The position numbers and the translations under genes are program-made. Below are positions 51,136 through 60,349 of a DNA stretch of 64,000 nt, piece after piece (position 1 is the stretch's first letter; the number at the start of each line of letters is the position of its first letter). The notes beneath the pieces were generated by a model. It made no database searches. It worked only from the letters and a program-made list of their open reading frames with translations, and was not told the DNA's origin. Source of the DNA: Candidatus Binatia bacterium (GTDB taxonomy: Bacteria > Desulfobacterota > Binatia > Bin18). The DNA lies in assembly GCA_963664395.2 (NCBI GenBank), contig OY761159.2, forward strand, positions 4,480,001-4,544,000. The letters are read 5' to 3'.

Positions 51136-52821
51136 TCAGACCGGCCGGAGCATCGAGCCGGGCAGCCCGCCCTGGTGGATATTATCCGAAAAAACGATAT
51201 TTCCGCCGACAATAGTGTGCTGTACTCCGGTTGCATATTCGATCAGGCGCGGCTTTTCGCCCGGCAGATCGTTGACCCATTGGGGCGGCTGAGGACCAAT
51301 AGTATCCGGGTCAAAAACTACCAGATCGGCATCACAACCCGAGGCGATGCGGCCTTTCCTGGGCTGATTGAGAAACGTTGCCGGCTCAGAGGTCAGTCGC
51401 CGCACGCCTTCTTCAAGCGTCATGGCCTGTCGTTTCCGCACCCACTCTCCGAGCAGGTAGGTGGGCACACCGGCGTCGCAATGCTGGTCCACGTGCGCCC
51501 CGGCATCGGACAGTCCGATGAGACAGTCAGGATGGGTAATCAACTCACGCACTTCATCAGGATTGGTGTTGATGACCGAAAGCGTAATGCCCATCTCCAG
51601 GTTTTCATCAATGGCCAAATCCAGAATCGTATCAATAGGATCACTCCGTGTTTCCGCCGCAATGTCGGCAATGCTTTTATTCAGATGCCTTTTGTTGTGG
51701 TCTTTCTGCACCTTGACAACATGCACCTGATTCCACTGGTTGGTAAAAATAGCCCCGCCAATTTGCAGGTCCTTGCGAAAGGCCGCTCGGAATTCCGGCT
51801 TTTGGTATAAGGCGATTTGTTCACCAACGGATCGATTAAAAGCCTCTTTCCACGACGGCAGGCTGGCAAAGATAAAGGGCACTTTGAGGGTATAGTACTG
51901 CTGGATGGGACGCGGTGTGACTTGAGGTGGAATCCGCATCCCCTTGAGGAAGAGGGGTTTCAGGCGGTCCAGGGCCGACCGGTAGACACCGGGTTTATCG
52001 GACCGTCCGAGGAGCGCCAGCCAGGTGACCGGGCGTTGGCTGGCCTCGGCAATGGCAACCAGCAGCGCTAATTCTTCGTCGGTCAACACACTCACGCTCC
52101 GGGTCAGCGCGATTTCGATGACACCCTTGCCCAGCTCGTTCATCACCTGACCAAGCGTGCAGAGTTCCTTCCGGGTCGCCATCCGACTCGCCAGCGGTTT
52201 GCCCTGGTAGCCGATATGCTGGTCGAGCAGGCTCAGCGAATAGCCATACGCTCCGGCCTGCATGGCTTCCCGAAAAAGTACGGTCATGCGAGCGAGTTCT
52301 GCGTCATTCGCCTCTCGCTCGCATGCGTCGGCACCCATGACAAAATAGCGAAAGCTGGACAGCGGAACCAAAAATCCCACGTTGAGAGCCGTGCCGCGCC
52401 GCACAATGGCCTGCATATACTGTGGAAAACTCTCCCACTCATCCCAGGCCACGCCATTCAGCAAGACGTCATGCGGCATAGCCTCCACATTGACCAGATC
52501 CCACGAGACAATGTCCTTCTCTTGCGGACGACACGGCGCAACGCCGACCCCGCAGTTGCCCATGAGCACACTGGTCACACCGTGCCAGCCTGAACAGGTC
52601 AGCAGCGGGTCCCACGACACCTGCGCATCGTAATGCGTATGGATATCAATAAAGCCCGGTGCGACCACACAGCCGTCGGCGTTAATCGTCCGCGTTGCCG
52701 TTCCGGACACCGAGCCAACATCGGTGATGACTCCGTCCTTGACGCCGACAGCGCCATGAGAGAGCGCCGCGCCGGTGCCGTCACAAATCCGAGCGTCTGT
52801 AATGAGCAGGTCGTAAGCCAT
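51136..52821 (-). CDS. Amidohydrolase, N-acyl-D-amino-acid deacylase family (paralogue of 39129..40811)
   Basis: PGFIDIHTHYDAQ, MGNCGVG, SDAGAHV. Confidence 0.92.
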   Translation of the reverse strand: MAYDLLITDARICDGTGAALSHGAVGVKDGVITDVGSVSGTATRTINADGCVVAPGFIDIHTHYDAQVSWDPLLTCSGWHGVTSVLMGNCGVGVAPCRPQEKDIVSWDLVNVEAMPHDVLLNGVAWDEWESFPQYMQAIVRRGTALNVGFLVPLSSFRYFVMGADACEREANDAELARMTVLFREAMQAGAYGYSLSLLDQHIGYQGKPLASRMATRKELCTLGQVMNELGKGVIEIALTRSVSVLTDEELALLVAIAEASQRPVTWLALLGRSDKPGVYRSALDRLKPLFLKGMRIPPQVTPRPIQQYYTLKVPFIFASLPSWKEAFNRSVGEQIALYQKPEFRAAFRKDLQIGGAIFTNQWNQVHVVKVQKDHNKRHLNKSIADIAAETRSDPIDTILDLAIDENLEMGITLSVINTNPDEVRELITHPDCLIGLSDAGAHVDQHCDAGVPTYLLGEWVRKRQAMTLEEGVRRLTSEPATFLNQPRKGRIASGCDADLVVFDPDTIGPQPPQWVNDLPGEKPRLIEYATGVQHTIVGGNIVFSDNIHQGGLPGSMLRPV

Positions 52822-52868
52822 GCTTCCCCCCTTTGTTCATCTCCAATAGGTCAATCAGCCCCCTACGC

Positions 52869-53933
52869 TTATCCGGTCGGCTGGGACTCCGCCGTCTTCG
52901 CCTCTGTATTCGTCTCCTGGGGTTCGTCGCCCCCAAGCTCGGCCTGTTCTTTGACATAGCGCGCAATCTGTTCGTGGGTGGCAAACCAGACGCCGGGTTT
53001 GCTTTTCATGTATGCTATGAGTCTATCAAGCATTTTCATGCGGTAGCGATGGCCGATGACTTGGGGATGCATGGTGAGAATATACATCGTCCCTTCCTCA
53101 TAGGCACCGTCAAATTCGTCTTTCCAGATCGAGTACACGTCGTCAGCATTACGAATACTGACGTGCCGACTCGGCCAACTCAGTTGAAATAACGGCCAAT
53201 CGTCGAGTATCCATTCGACCGGTAGTTCAACCAGGCCGGTTTCTTCACCATTGGAAACCAGGCTGTAGGGGCGGTCATCCGCCATCATGCTGCTTTCATA
53301 CAGAAAGCCCATTTCTTTGACGATCCGAATAGTCGCCGGGGTCAGGTCCCAGGCCGCGGACCGAAAGCCGGTCGGCCGTTTCCCCACCCTTTCGACAAAG
53401 ATTTTCATGGCCTTCTCGTACACCGCCCGCTCTTCTGCTTCGCTCAGCGTCAGAGGGTTTTCATGCACATAGGAGTGAAAGCCGATCTCATAGTCGGGAT
53501 GTTTCTTGAGTTCTTCGATCACCTGGGGATGCAGGATCATTGAGATCGCAGGAATAAAAAAGGAGGCCGGGATGTCGTGCTTTTCCAATAAGGCAAAGAT
53601 GCGCGGCATGCCGGCGCGCGCGCCATACTCACCCCGCGACATATACGAGGGGCTTTGCTGGCCCTGAAATCCCATCCAGACCGGCTCGGTGTCAAAGTCA
53701 AACGAAAAACTCACCGCAACTCGGGCACCATCCGGCCATGACTTGGGCGTCAGGTCTTTGCCGCTGCGGACAATGGCCACATGCTGTTGAAACTGCTCCG
53801 GCTCCCACTGCCAGAGTGGGACTTCATCCTCCCCGCCTCCGTGGCCCCAAGCAACCGAGGCCGACCCCGCCAGCACTCCAAGGCTCACTATGACAACAAG
53901 GCTTTTCATCCAGTCCGACCACAGTTGCTTCAT
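52869..53933 (-). CDS. Polysaccharide deacetylase (CE4, PgdA/PuuE-like) with signal peptide
   Basis: WPDGARVAVSFSFDFD, SRGEYGAR, HSYVHE, GFRS, LTMHPQVIG; ATG 53933 after AGGAG. Confidence 0.88.
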   Translation of the reverse strand: MKQLWSDWMKSLVVIVSLGVLAGSASVAWGHGGGEDEVPLWQWEPEQFQQHVAIVRSGKDLTPKSWPDGARVAVSFSFDFDTEPVWMGFQGQQSPSYMSRGEYGARAGMPRIFALLEKHDIPASFFIPAISMILHPQVIEELKKHPDYEIGFHSYVHENPLTLSEAEERAVYEKAMKIFVERVGKRPTGFRSAAWDLTPATIRIVKEMGFLYESSMMADDRPYSLVSNGEETGLVELPVEWILDDWPLFQLSWPSRHVSIRNADDVYSIWKDEFDGAYEEGTMYILTMHPQVIGHRYRMKMLDRLIAYMKSKPGVWFATHEQIARYVKEQAELGGDEPQETNTEAKTAESQPTG

Positions 53934-54101
53934 GACATCTTCTCCTGAAAAGAGGGATTTGTGTTCCATACCAGATTTGAACGGCTTTGGTAGGGGCGCA
54001 AAATTGTACACCCCTGCCCGTCAAGCGATATCCTGCAAGCGATATCCTGTCAGAGAGAGGTGTGATATTTCCCCAAATCGGTTCGTCAACATAGGGGAAA
54101 A

Positions 54102-55403
54102 ATGGATATGACATTGCGATTCTTTGGAGCAATTTTCGAGAACAGCGTTTCTACCTGCTTCGCCTTCATAATTGGCTTAGTTTTCGTTTTGGCAATTCTG
54201 GCTCAGTTCACAGAACGGTTCAGACGTTTTGAGGGATTATACCATTCTGGCCCCACCCTCCTCCCCACCTTGGGCGTGCTCGGTACCTTCGTTGGTATTG
54301 CCCTGGGGCTACTCGACTTTGACGTAAGCAATATCGACAAAAGCGTCCCCCCATTGTTGGAAGGGCTTAAAGTCGCCTTCATGACCAGCATTATCGGTCT
54401 TGGTGCGGCAATCCTCCTCAGAGTGGTGCAAATCGCCACATCAAGGCCAGAGACGGAAGAAACAGAAGTGACGCCTGCGGTTATTCATTCCAGTCTAACG
54501 GCCATTAAAGAAGGAATCGACAAAGCAGCCTCACAAGAACGTGAGTCGCTTGAAGATTTACGCAAATCGATTTCCGCTGACGGCGATAGCAGCCTTCTCA
54601 CACAGGTTCAGAAGTTGAGAACAGACTTCAAAGACGGCCAACAGGAGCTAACAAAAGAATTTCGTCAATTTGCGGAAACCATGGCTGAGAATAACTCGAA
54701 GGCTCTTATTGAAGCTCTTGAACAAGTCATTCGCGACTTCAACACGCAACTGAATGAACAATTCGGTGATAATTTCAAGCAGCTTAACGAAGCGGTAAGT
54801 GCGCTCCTGACCTGGCAGGAAAACTATCGTGAGCACGTCGAGGCGTTAGAGCACAGACTTGAAATAGCAGTCCGGGCAGCCGAGGCTTCTGAACAGGCAC
54901 TCAGCAAAATTGTACGCCATACGAAACAGATTCCCGTGACCCTACAGAGCCTGCGGGACATTCTGAAGGGACTCGATGAACATCTGGAAACCGTTGCGGA
55001 ATTGAAAGACAAAGCCGTCAAAGCGTTCCCCGTAATAGACGACAATCTCGCCAAGCTAACGAACAAGCTCGGAGAATCCGTCCAGCAAGCCATCCAGCGT
55101 TCCGACAAGGCTCTCCAGCTTCAGCAAGACGCCCACACCAAGCTTCACCATGGATTCGATCAACTCTTGGAGAACGCTCAGCAAACACAGAAGCAGTTCG
55201 GGGATACCTTGAAAGAGACCTTGTCAAGGATCGAAAAAGAGCTTGAAGAACTGAATCCGCGAATGGAGCAGACACTGCATCAGAGCATTGAGATCATGGG
55301 AGGACACTTGGCGTCGCTGTCTGACAAATTCGTGGAAGACTACACCCCCCTGACCGACCGCCTCCGTGAGGTGGTTCAAATAGCGTCAAGGAGTAGAAAC
55401 TAA
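54102..55403 (+). CDS. zorA: Zorya protein ZorA (MotA-like with coiled-coil tail)
   Basis: PTLGVLGTFVGIALGL.DFD..NI..S.P.LLEGLK.AF.TSI.G; ALIEALEQVIRDFN..L.EQFGDNFKQLNEAV..L..WQ; C-terminal LASLS.KFVEDY.PL. Confidence 0.9.
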   Translation: MDMTLRFFGAIFENSVSTCFAFIIGLVFVLAILAQFTERFRRFEGLYHSGPTLLPTLGVLGTFVGIALGLLDFDVSNIDKSVPPLLEGLKVAFMTSIIGLGAAILLRVVQIATSRPETEETEVTPAVIHSSLTAIKEGIDKAASQERESLEDLRKSISADGDSSLLTQVQKLRTDFKDGQQELTKEFRQFAETMAENNSKALIEALEQVIRDFNTQLNEQFGDNFKQLNEAVSALLTWQENYREHVEALEHRLEIAVRAAEASEQALSKIVRHTKQIPVTLQSLRDILKGLDEHLETVAELKDKAVKAFPVIDDNLAKLTNKLGESVQQAIQRSDKALQLQQDAHTKLHHGFDQLLENAQQTQKQFGDTLKETLSRIEKELEELNPRMEQTLHQSIEIMGGHLASLSDKFVEDYTPLTDRLREVVQIASRSRN

Positions 55404-56110
55404 TGGCAGTGGAAAAACTGTTTGGCCGTAGCGCCTTATCCGAAGACGAGCACTGGCTGTCGGTTTCGGATCTGATGGCCGGCCTCATGGTCATTTTTCT
55501 GTTTATTGCGATTACATACATCCGGCCTATTGCCGAAATCCAGTCCAAGATTCGGAACATCGTCGTAGCCTGGAAAGATTCCGAAGTAGAAATCTACAAG
55601 GCACTTGAGAAAGAATTCAAAGACGACCTGCCCAGGTGGCGTGCGGAACTGGATCGGACAACCCTATCGCTCCGCTTCAAAGCTCCTGACGTTTTGTTTG
55701 ATTCTGCAACAGCAGTGCTGAAACCCGAGTTCAGACGTATCCTGGACGACTTCTTTCCCCGCTACCTCAACGCACTGCACCAGTTCAAGGATGCAATTGC
55801 GGAGGTTCGCCTTGAAGGGCATACCTCGTCCGAATGGGAAGGAGCCACGACAGAAGATGTTGCCTACTTCAGGAACATGGAACTTTCGCAAGCCAGAACA
55901 CGAGCGGTTTTAGAATATTCTCTTGGACTTCCGTTGGTTGACCCGTACCAGGAATGGGCGCGCAAGCTGATTACGGCTAACGGTCTTTCTTCCAGCCGTC
56001 TGATTCTCCAAGATGCCAAAGAAGATAAGACCGGGTCTCGACGTGTTGAATTCAGGGTTCGCACCAACACCAAGGAACAGATCGTCAGGGTTCTAGAAAC
56101 AATAGAATAA
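55403..56110 (+). CDS. zorB: Zorya protein ZorB (MotB/OmpA-like)
   Basis: WLSVSDLMAGLMVIFLFIAI TM helix with conserved Asp; EGHTSSEW, NMELSQARTRAVL, SRRVEFRV. Confidence 0.93.
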   Translation: MAVEKLFGRSALSEDEHWLSVSDLMAGLMVIFLFIAITYIRPIAEIQSKIRNIVVAWKDSEVEIYKALEKEFKDDLPRWRAELDRTTLSLRFKAPDVLFDSATAVLKPEFRRILDDFFPRYLNALHQFKDAIAEVRLEGHTSSEWEGATTEDVAYFRNMELSQARTRAVLEYSLGLPLVDPYQEWARKLITANGLSSSRLILQDAKEDKTGSRRVEFRVRTNTKEQIVRVLETIE

Positions 56111-56934
56111 TGGATTTTCCGAAACTTCAAGCGCTGGTGAATCGCATGGGGGCAAGTCCTTCGTCTTGGCGGCTGCGTCCGTATGAAACGAGAAAGATAG
56201 AAAGAGAAAGGGAGAAACTGGGACAGGAGCTTCAACAGGGGAAGGAGATACATAATCTTGACGAAGTTGAACCGCGCGGAGAGTTACTTACACATAAAGG
56301 CGAACAAATCGTCCTATACATCAAGGACACTCGTCAGGGTAAATATACACTCTTACACTATCCCGAAGAAGCCAGGAGGTTCCACGTCGCCGAATGCCAA
56401 ACCATAAGGGAGATGCGCTGGAAGGGGCGCTTCGAGCGGTATGTCGTAACGACCAGACAGGACGGAAAGTTTCTTGTGGAAGCCGCAGATTCGGACAAGG
56501 AATTTGAAGCTCCGCTGCGTGTATGCAAGAACTGTCTCACACACTTGGACTGGAAAGGGTACGCGCAGTCGAAAAGCGTCAAATTGTGGGAGGAGTTCTC
56601 ACTTCAAGACTTCTTCGCGGAATTTACAACCTTCTTTTCTTCAAGACCTCGGTATACGGACCGGACAGCCCCGCCCGGAGGTTATGCTAAAGACTGGCAC
56701 CGTCTAGCAACCAAAATCAAACGGACACGTGGATGGCGTTGCAACGAATGTGACGTAAATCTTTCTCGACATCGCCCCTTACTTCACGGGCATCACAAGA
56801 ACGGAGTTACCTCGGATAATAGACCAGAAAATATTGCGGTTCTTTGTCTCCTGTGTCATTCGGAACAGCCTTATCATGGACGTGTAAAACCATCTGATGC
56901 ACAACGTGAACTCATTGAATCCTTGAAAAAGTAG
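56110..56934 (+). CDS. zorE: Zorya type II effector ZorE (HNH endonuclease)
   Basis: FHVAEC.TI..MR..GRFERYVVT, VCKNCL, C..C...HGHHKNG..DN..EN..VLC..CH..QP.H; coupled to zorB. Confidence 0.85.
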   Translation: MDFPKLQALVNRMGASPSSWRLRPYETRKIEREREKLGQELQQGKEIHNLDEVEPRGELLTHKGEQIVLYIKDTRQGKYTLLHYPEEARRFHVAECQTIREMRWKGRFERYVVTTRQDGKFLVEAADSDKEFEAPLRVCKNCLTHLDWKGYAQSKSVKLWEEFSLQDFFAEFTTFFSSRPRYTDRTAPPGGYAKDWHRLATKIKRTRGWRCNECDVNLSRHRPLLHGHHKNGVTSDNRPENIAVLCLLCHSEQPYHGRVKPSDAQRELIESLKK

Positions 56935-57182
56935 AGGCGTAGATTTTTACGCTCCCAGATGCATCAATCGTACTCGCCCGTCGTGCTTCACGCCCCGTGA
57001 CGGAAAAATCAAGGGGGCAAGTGGCCTCTACCCGTTCCGGTCCCGCAACAGTTCCCGAATCCCTACTCCAATATCGGCCAAGACTGCGCCCTGTTGCTGC
57101 AAGGCTATCATAGTTTCCTGGTGCTGAGCCTGCATCGTCTGCACAGATTCCCCTTTATTGCTCAATTAAGAGGAGCCCCTCC

Positions 57183-57536
57183 CTACGAGCGGGCGAAGAT
57201 CTGCACGATATTGCCAGCCGGGTCCACCGCGGTGAAGTATTTGCCGTGTCCGCCCATGTCCACGGTGGCGTTGACCGTGACGCCGTTTTGGGCCAGCTTC
57301 TCGCGCATTTCTCCGAGGTCCTCGACCTCAAGGACGACGGTTGCCCCGCCCCCCGGAGGGACCGAGCCTTCACTCGGGTCAGCCAGCGCCACCCCGACAC
57401 CATTCACGTCAAACTGTGTCCAGCGGTCGCCATCGCGAAATTTGACCTCAAGGCCCAGGATATCTTGGTAAAAATTCACCGCCTAGTCCATATTGTTGAC
57501 CACGTAGTAAGCACTTGAAAATTTTTTGACTGCCAT
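57183..57536 (-). pseudogene. VOC/glyoxalase family protein with in-frame TAG at codon 18
   Basis: GAGGAGG RBS, then MAVKKFSSAYYVVNNMD*AVNFYQDILGL...DPAGNIVQI; stop at 57485-57483. Confidence 0.8.
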
Positions 57537-57607
57537 ATCTCAGTGTCCTCCTCTTTCTTGGCGTTCAGCTATCAATTTTTCAGTGGGGAGGCTATAGGCT
57601 GTAGGCT

Positions 57608-58459
57608 ATGCCCGAACTACCGGAAGTTGAGACGATTGTCCGTAAGCTCACACGTGGTGAACCCGCGGAAGCCGGACTGCCGACCTACCCTTCTCTCATA
57701 GGGTCTGTGATAACACACGCCTGGGGAAATTGGCACAATTCCATACGACCATCCATTAAAGCCGTCACGCACACATTGCCCGGCCACCGTATCGAATCAC
57801 TCGGACGGCGCGGCAAATACATCGTCTTGACATTACAGTCTCGTTCGGATGCCGCCGTCCGTTACCTCGTCATCCACCTCAAAATGAGCGGGCGGATTGA
57901 AGTCCGCGAAACCGGCTATCCACGTCATAAGCACGTGCATTTCACCTGTCGTTTCGACACCGGCTACACCCTGCATTTTAATGACGCCCGCAAGTTTGGG
58001 CGGGTCTATTGCGTGGACGATCTCGAAGCGGTGACCGGCCATCTCGGCCCGGAACCGTTAGAGCCGACTTTTACGCTGCGTCGCTTTCGGCCATTAATTG
58101 CGAAAAAGACCGGCGGGCTCAAAGCGCTGCTCCTGAATCAGTCTTTTATTGCCGGTGTGGGTAATATTTATGCCGATGAAGCGCTCTGGCGAGCCAAGCT
58201 CCATCCCTTTTCCCGAGCCGCTGACCTTGATGACACCCAAGTCGCAGCGCTGCATAAAGCGATCCGAGCGGCCCTGAACGAGGGCATTAAACACAACGGC
58301 GCGGCCATTGATTGGGTCTATCCTGAAGGCAACTACCAGAACTTCTTTCGCGTGTACGGCAGGACAGACAAGCCCTGCGCTCGCTGCCATACTCCGATTG
58401 AACGTACCCTGGTAGGCCAACGCAGCACACATTTTTGTCCGCAGTGTCAGCAGCTTTGA
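57608..58459 (+). CDS. mutM: Formamidopyrimidine-DNA glycosylase (Fpg/MutM)
   Basis: MPELPEVET, RRGKY, HLKMSG, DARKFG, GVGNIYADE, C-terminal zinc finger CARC...FCPQCQ. Confidence 0.95.
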   Translation: MPELPEVETIVRKLTRGEPAEAGLPTYPSLIGSVITHAWGNWHNSIRPSIKAVTHTLPGHRIESLGRRGKYIVLTLQSRSDAAVRYLVIHLKMSGRIEVRETGYPRHKHVHFTCRFDTGYTLHFNDARKFGRVYCVDDLEAVTGHLGPEPLEPTFTLRRFRPLIAKKTGGLKALLLNQSFIAGVGNIYADEALWRAKLHPFSRAADLDDTQVAALHKAIRAALNEGIKHNGAAIDWVYPEGNYQNFFRVYGRTDKPCARCHTPIERTLVGQRSTHFCPQCQQL

Positions 58460-58507
58460 GTGGCGAGCCCTCCCCACGCTGATTTACCGAGCAGACAGGA
58501 GGGCTCC

Positions 58508-59740
58508 TTAGACAGGTACTTTTCCTATATACTGCGCCCTTGGTCGAATTAAGCGGTCAGCTTTATACTGCTCTATGGCATGGCCAATCCAGCCTATTGT
58601 TCGTCCTAATGCGAAAATCGTCAAAGCTGAACCAGACGCTAATTGCAGTGCGTTCGCTAGCGCTACGAGAGCAAAATCAATGGTCGGATGTTCGCCGGTC
58701 ATCTTGTGAGCCTGGGAGACAACGCCCGTAGCGAGGGCGAGCGCTGGAGAGCCAGCGTATCTCTTTCCGAGTTGTTTCAGCAGGAGCCTGGCGCGGGGAT
58801 CACCCTCTGGATACAACCTATGGCCAAAGCCAGGAATCGCCTCGCCTCGTCGCAACCGGTCTGCGAGAACCGTCCTCGCCCGCTTCGGCGTTTGCACCTC
58901 CCGGAGGAACGCTTCCACCTGGCCAGTTTGTCCGCCATGTCTAACGCCGAGCAAAGCAGACAAACCCGCCAGCACAGCCGAATAGAGTGTTGCCTGAGCT
59001 GAGGCCACACAGCGCGCGGTAAAGGAAGACACATTCAATTCATGGTCTGCGCACAGAATCAAGGCCAGAGTGAAAAGTGCTACAGCCCGAGAATCGTTAG
59101 GGGCCCAGCCCTGCTGTAGCGTCTGGGCCAGAGACGCCTGAGTACGTTCCTGTTCAGTTGCAACAAGGGTGAGATACTGAAGCAGACGCGCCCCGGCTCG
59201 GGCGACAGCCTGAGGCCGTATATCGTAAGCTCTCAAGTCCTCTTGAGCGATAAAAGGCAAAACAGCCTGAAACCTTTCCAGCGGAGGAAGCGCCTGTGCT
59301 GTTCGAGCAACAGCGCGTATGGTTTTCGAGAGGGATAGAGGTGAAGCTGAGAACAAACCGTTTCGTCCAGCCTCAACATTCTCAAGCCATATGAGACCGA
59401 TAACAGCCTCAACATCGTACGCCTTCACGAGATCGGCAACATTATACCCTCGATAAAACAAGTTCCCAGCGTCAATGAGCGTAATCGCTGAATCTAAGAG
59501 CGGCGTTCCCCAGTGCAGAGCCTCAGCCGTTAGCTTCGTTAATGTCGCTGGATCGCGTCTCAGTTCTTTACGCTCTTTGAGGCGCTGGACATCTTCCTTC
59601 GCATAGCGCCGGGCTCGGGTCTTCCCCCCAGCGGACTCAGATCGAATAAGCCCTCGACTGACATAGGCATATAGCGTGGGCGCGGTTATTCCCAACTCGA
59701 CACAGACTTCCTGAGTCGTGAGATAGTGCGTACTTGGCAT
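58508..59740 (-). CDS. HTH (excisionase/MerR-like) - citrate synthase family fusion, probable regulator
   Basis: YLTTQEVCVELGITAPTLYAYVSRGLI; ADHELN.SSFTARCVAS, G.RHGG, IPGFGH.LYP.GDPR, FALGRTIGWIGH. Confidence 0.9.
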   Translation of the reverse strand: MPSTHYLTTQEVCVELGITAPTLYAYVSRGLIRSESAGGKTRARRYAKEDVQRLKERKELRRDPATLTKLTAEALHWGTPLLDSAITLIDAGNLFYRGYNVADLVKAYDVEAVIGLIWLENVEAGRNGLFSASPLSLSKTIRAVARTAQALPPLERFQAVLPFIAQEDLRAYDIRPQAVARAGARLLQYLTLVATEQERTQASLAQTLQQGWAPNDSRAVALFTLALILCADHELNVSSFTARCVASAQATLYSAVLAGLSALLGVRHGGQTGQVEAFLREVQTPKRARTVLADRLRRGEAIPGFGHRLYPEGDPRARLLLKQLGKRYAGSPALALATGVVSQAHKMTGEHPTIDFALVALANALQLASGSALTIFALGRTIGWIGHAIEQYKADRLIRPRAQYIGKVPV

Positions 59741-59766
59741 GATTCCGCTCTTTTGGTTTTTATAGT

Positions 59767-59790
59767 AACATTGATTTATAAATCAATGTT
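59767..59790. promoter_or_regulatory. Perfect 24-bp palindrome, candidate operator in a divergent promoter
   Basis: AACATTGATTTATAAATCAATGTT is its own reverse complement; overlaps TTGACA at 59789-59794. Confidence 0.75.
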
Positions 59791-59853
59791 GACAATATAG
59801 AAGAGCTATCTAAAGTCAAATCATTCTATACCCCATTCAGAGGAGGAAATTTG

Positions 59854-60327
59854 ATGAGTTCCCCGAGACCAATACCTGCGGCAGAGGTTCCGGCACCTTC
59901 AAAGAAATCGAATTATCCCGAGCCCTACGCCTCACTGATGAATGGCCGAATCAAGCGAAAACTTGGTGACTTTTTTCAGTTGAAAAATTTTGGAGTCAAC
60001 CTGACCACTCTCTCTCCAGGATCGATGTCCGCCTTGAAACATCGGCATTCCCAACAAGACGAATTCATCTATGTATTGAGTGGAACGCCAACACTGGTCT
60101 ACGGAAGCTACGAATATGTCTTGGGACCTGGAGAATGCATAGGATTTCAGGCGGGCGAGGGAAGCGCTCACCATCTTGTGAATCGTTCAGAAAATACGGT
60201 GACGTATCTTGAGATAGGTGATCGAACGTCGGGAGATGACGTGGTCTATCCTGACGATGATATCTGCGCAAAATCTGAAGCCGATGGCACCTGGGCGTTT
60301 ACGCACAAAGATGGCAGGCCCTACTAA
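59854..60327 (+). CDS. Cupin domain protein
   Basis: SNYPEPY, LKNFGVNL, H.HSQQDEFIYVLSG, AHHLVNRS, YLEIGDR, YPDDD. Confidence 0.92.
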   Translation: MSSPRPIPAAEVPAPSKKSNYPEPYASLMNGRIKRKLGDFFQLKNFGVNLTTLSPGSMSALKHRHSQQDEFIYVLSGTPTLVYGSYEYVLGPGECIGFQAGEGSAHHLVNRSENTVTYLEIGDRTSGDDVVYPDDDICAKSEADGTWAFTHKDGRPY

Positions 60328-60349
60328 AGCGGCCGGCCCGCAACAGTTT

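Noticed and set aside
54102-56110. Flagellar MotA/MotB or ExbB/TolQ pair
   Set aside because: The long ZorA-type tail, ZorB-specific motifs and the coupled HNH gene fit Zorya; no flagellar or TonB genes nearby.
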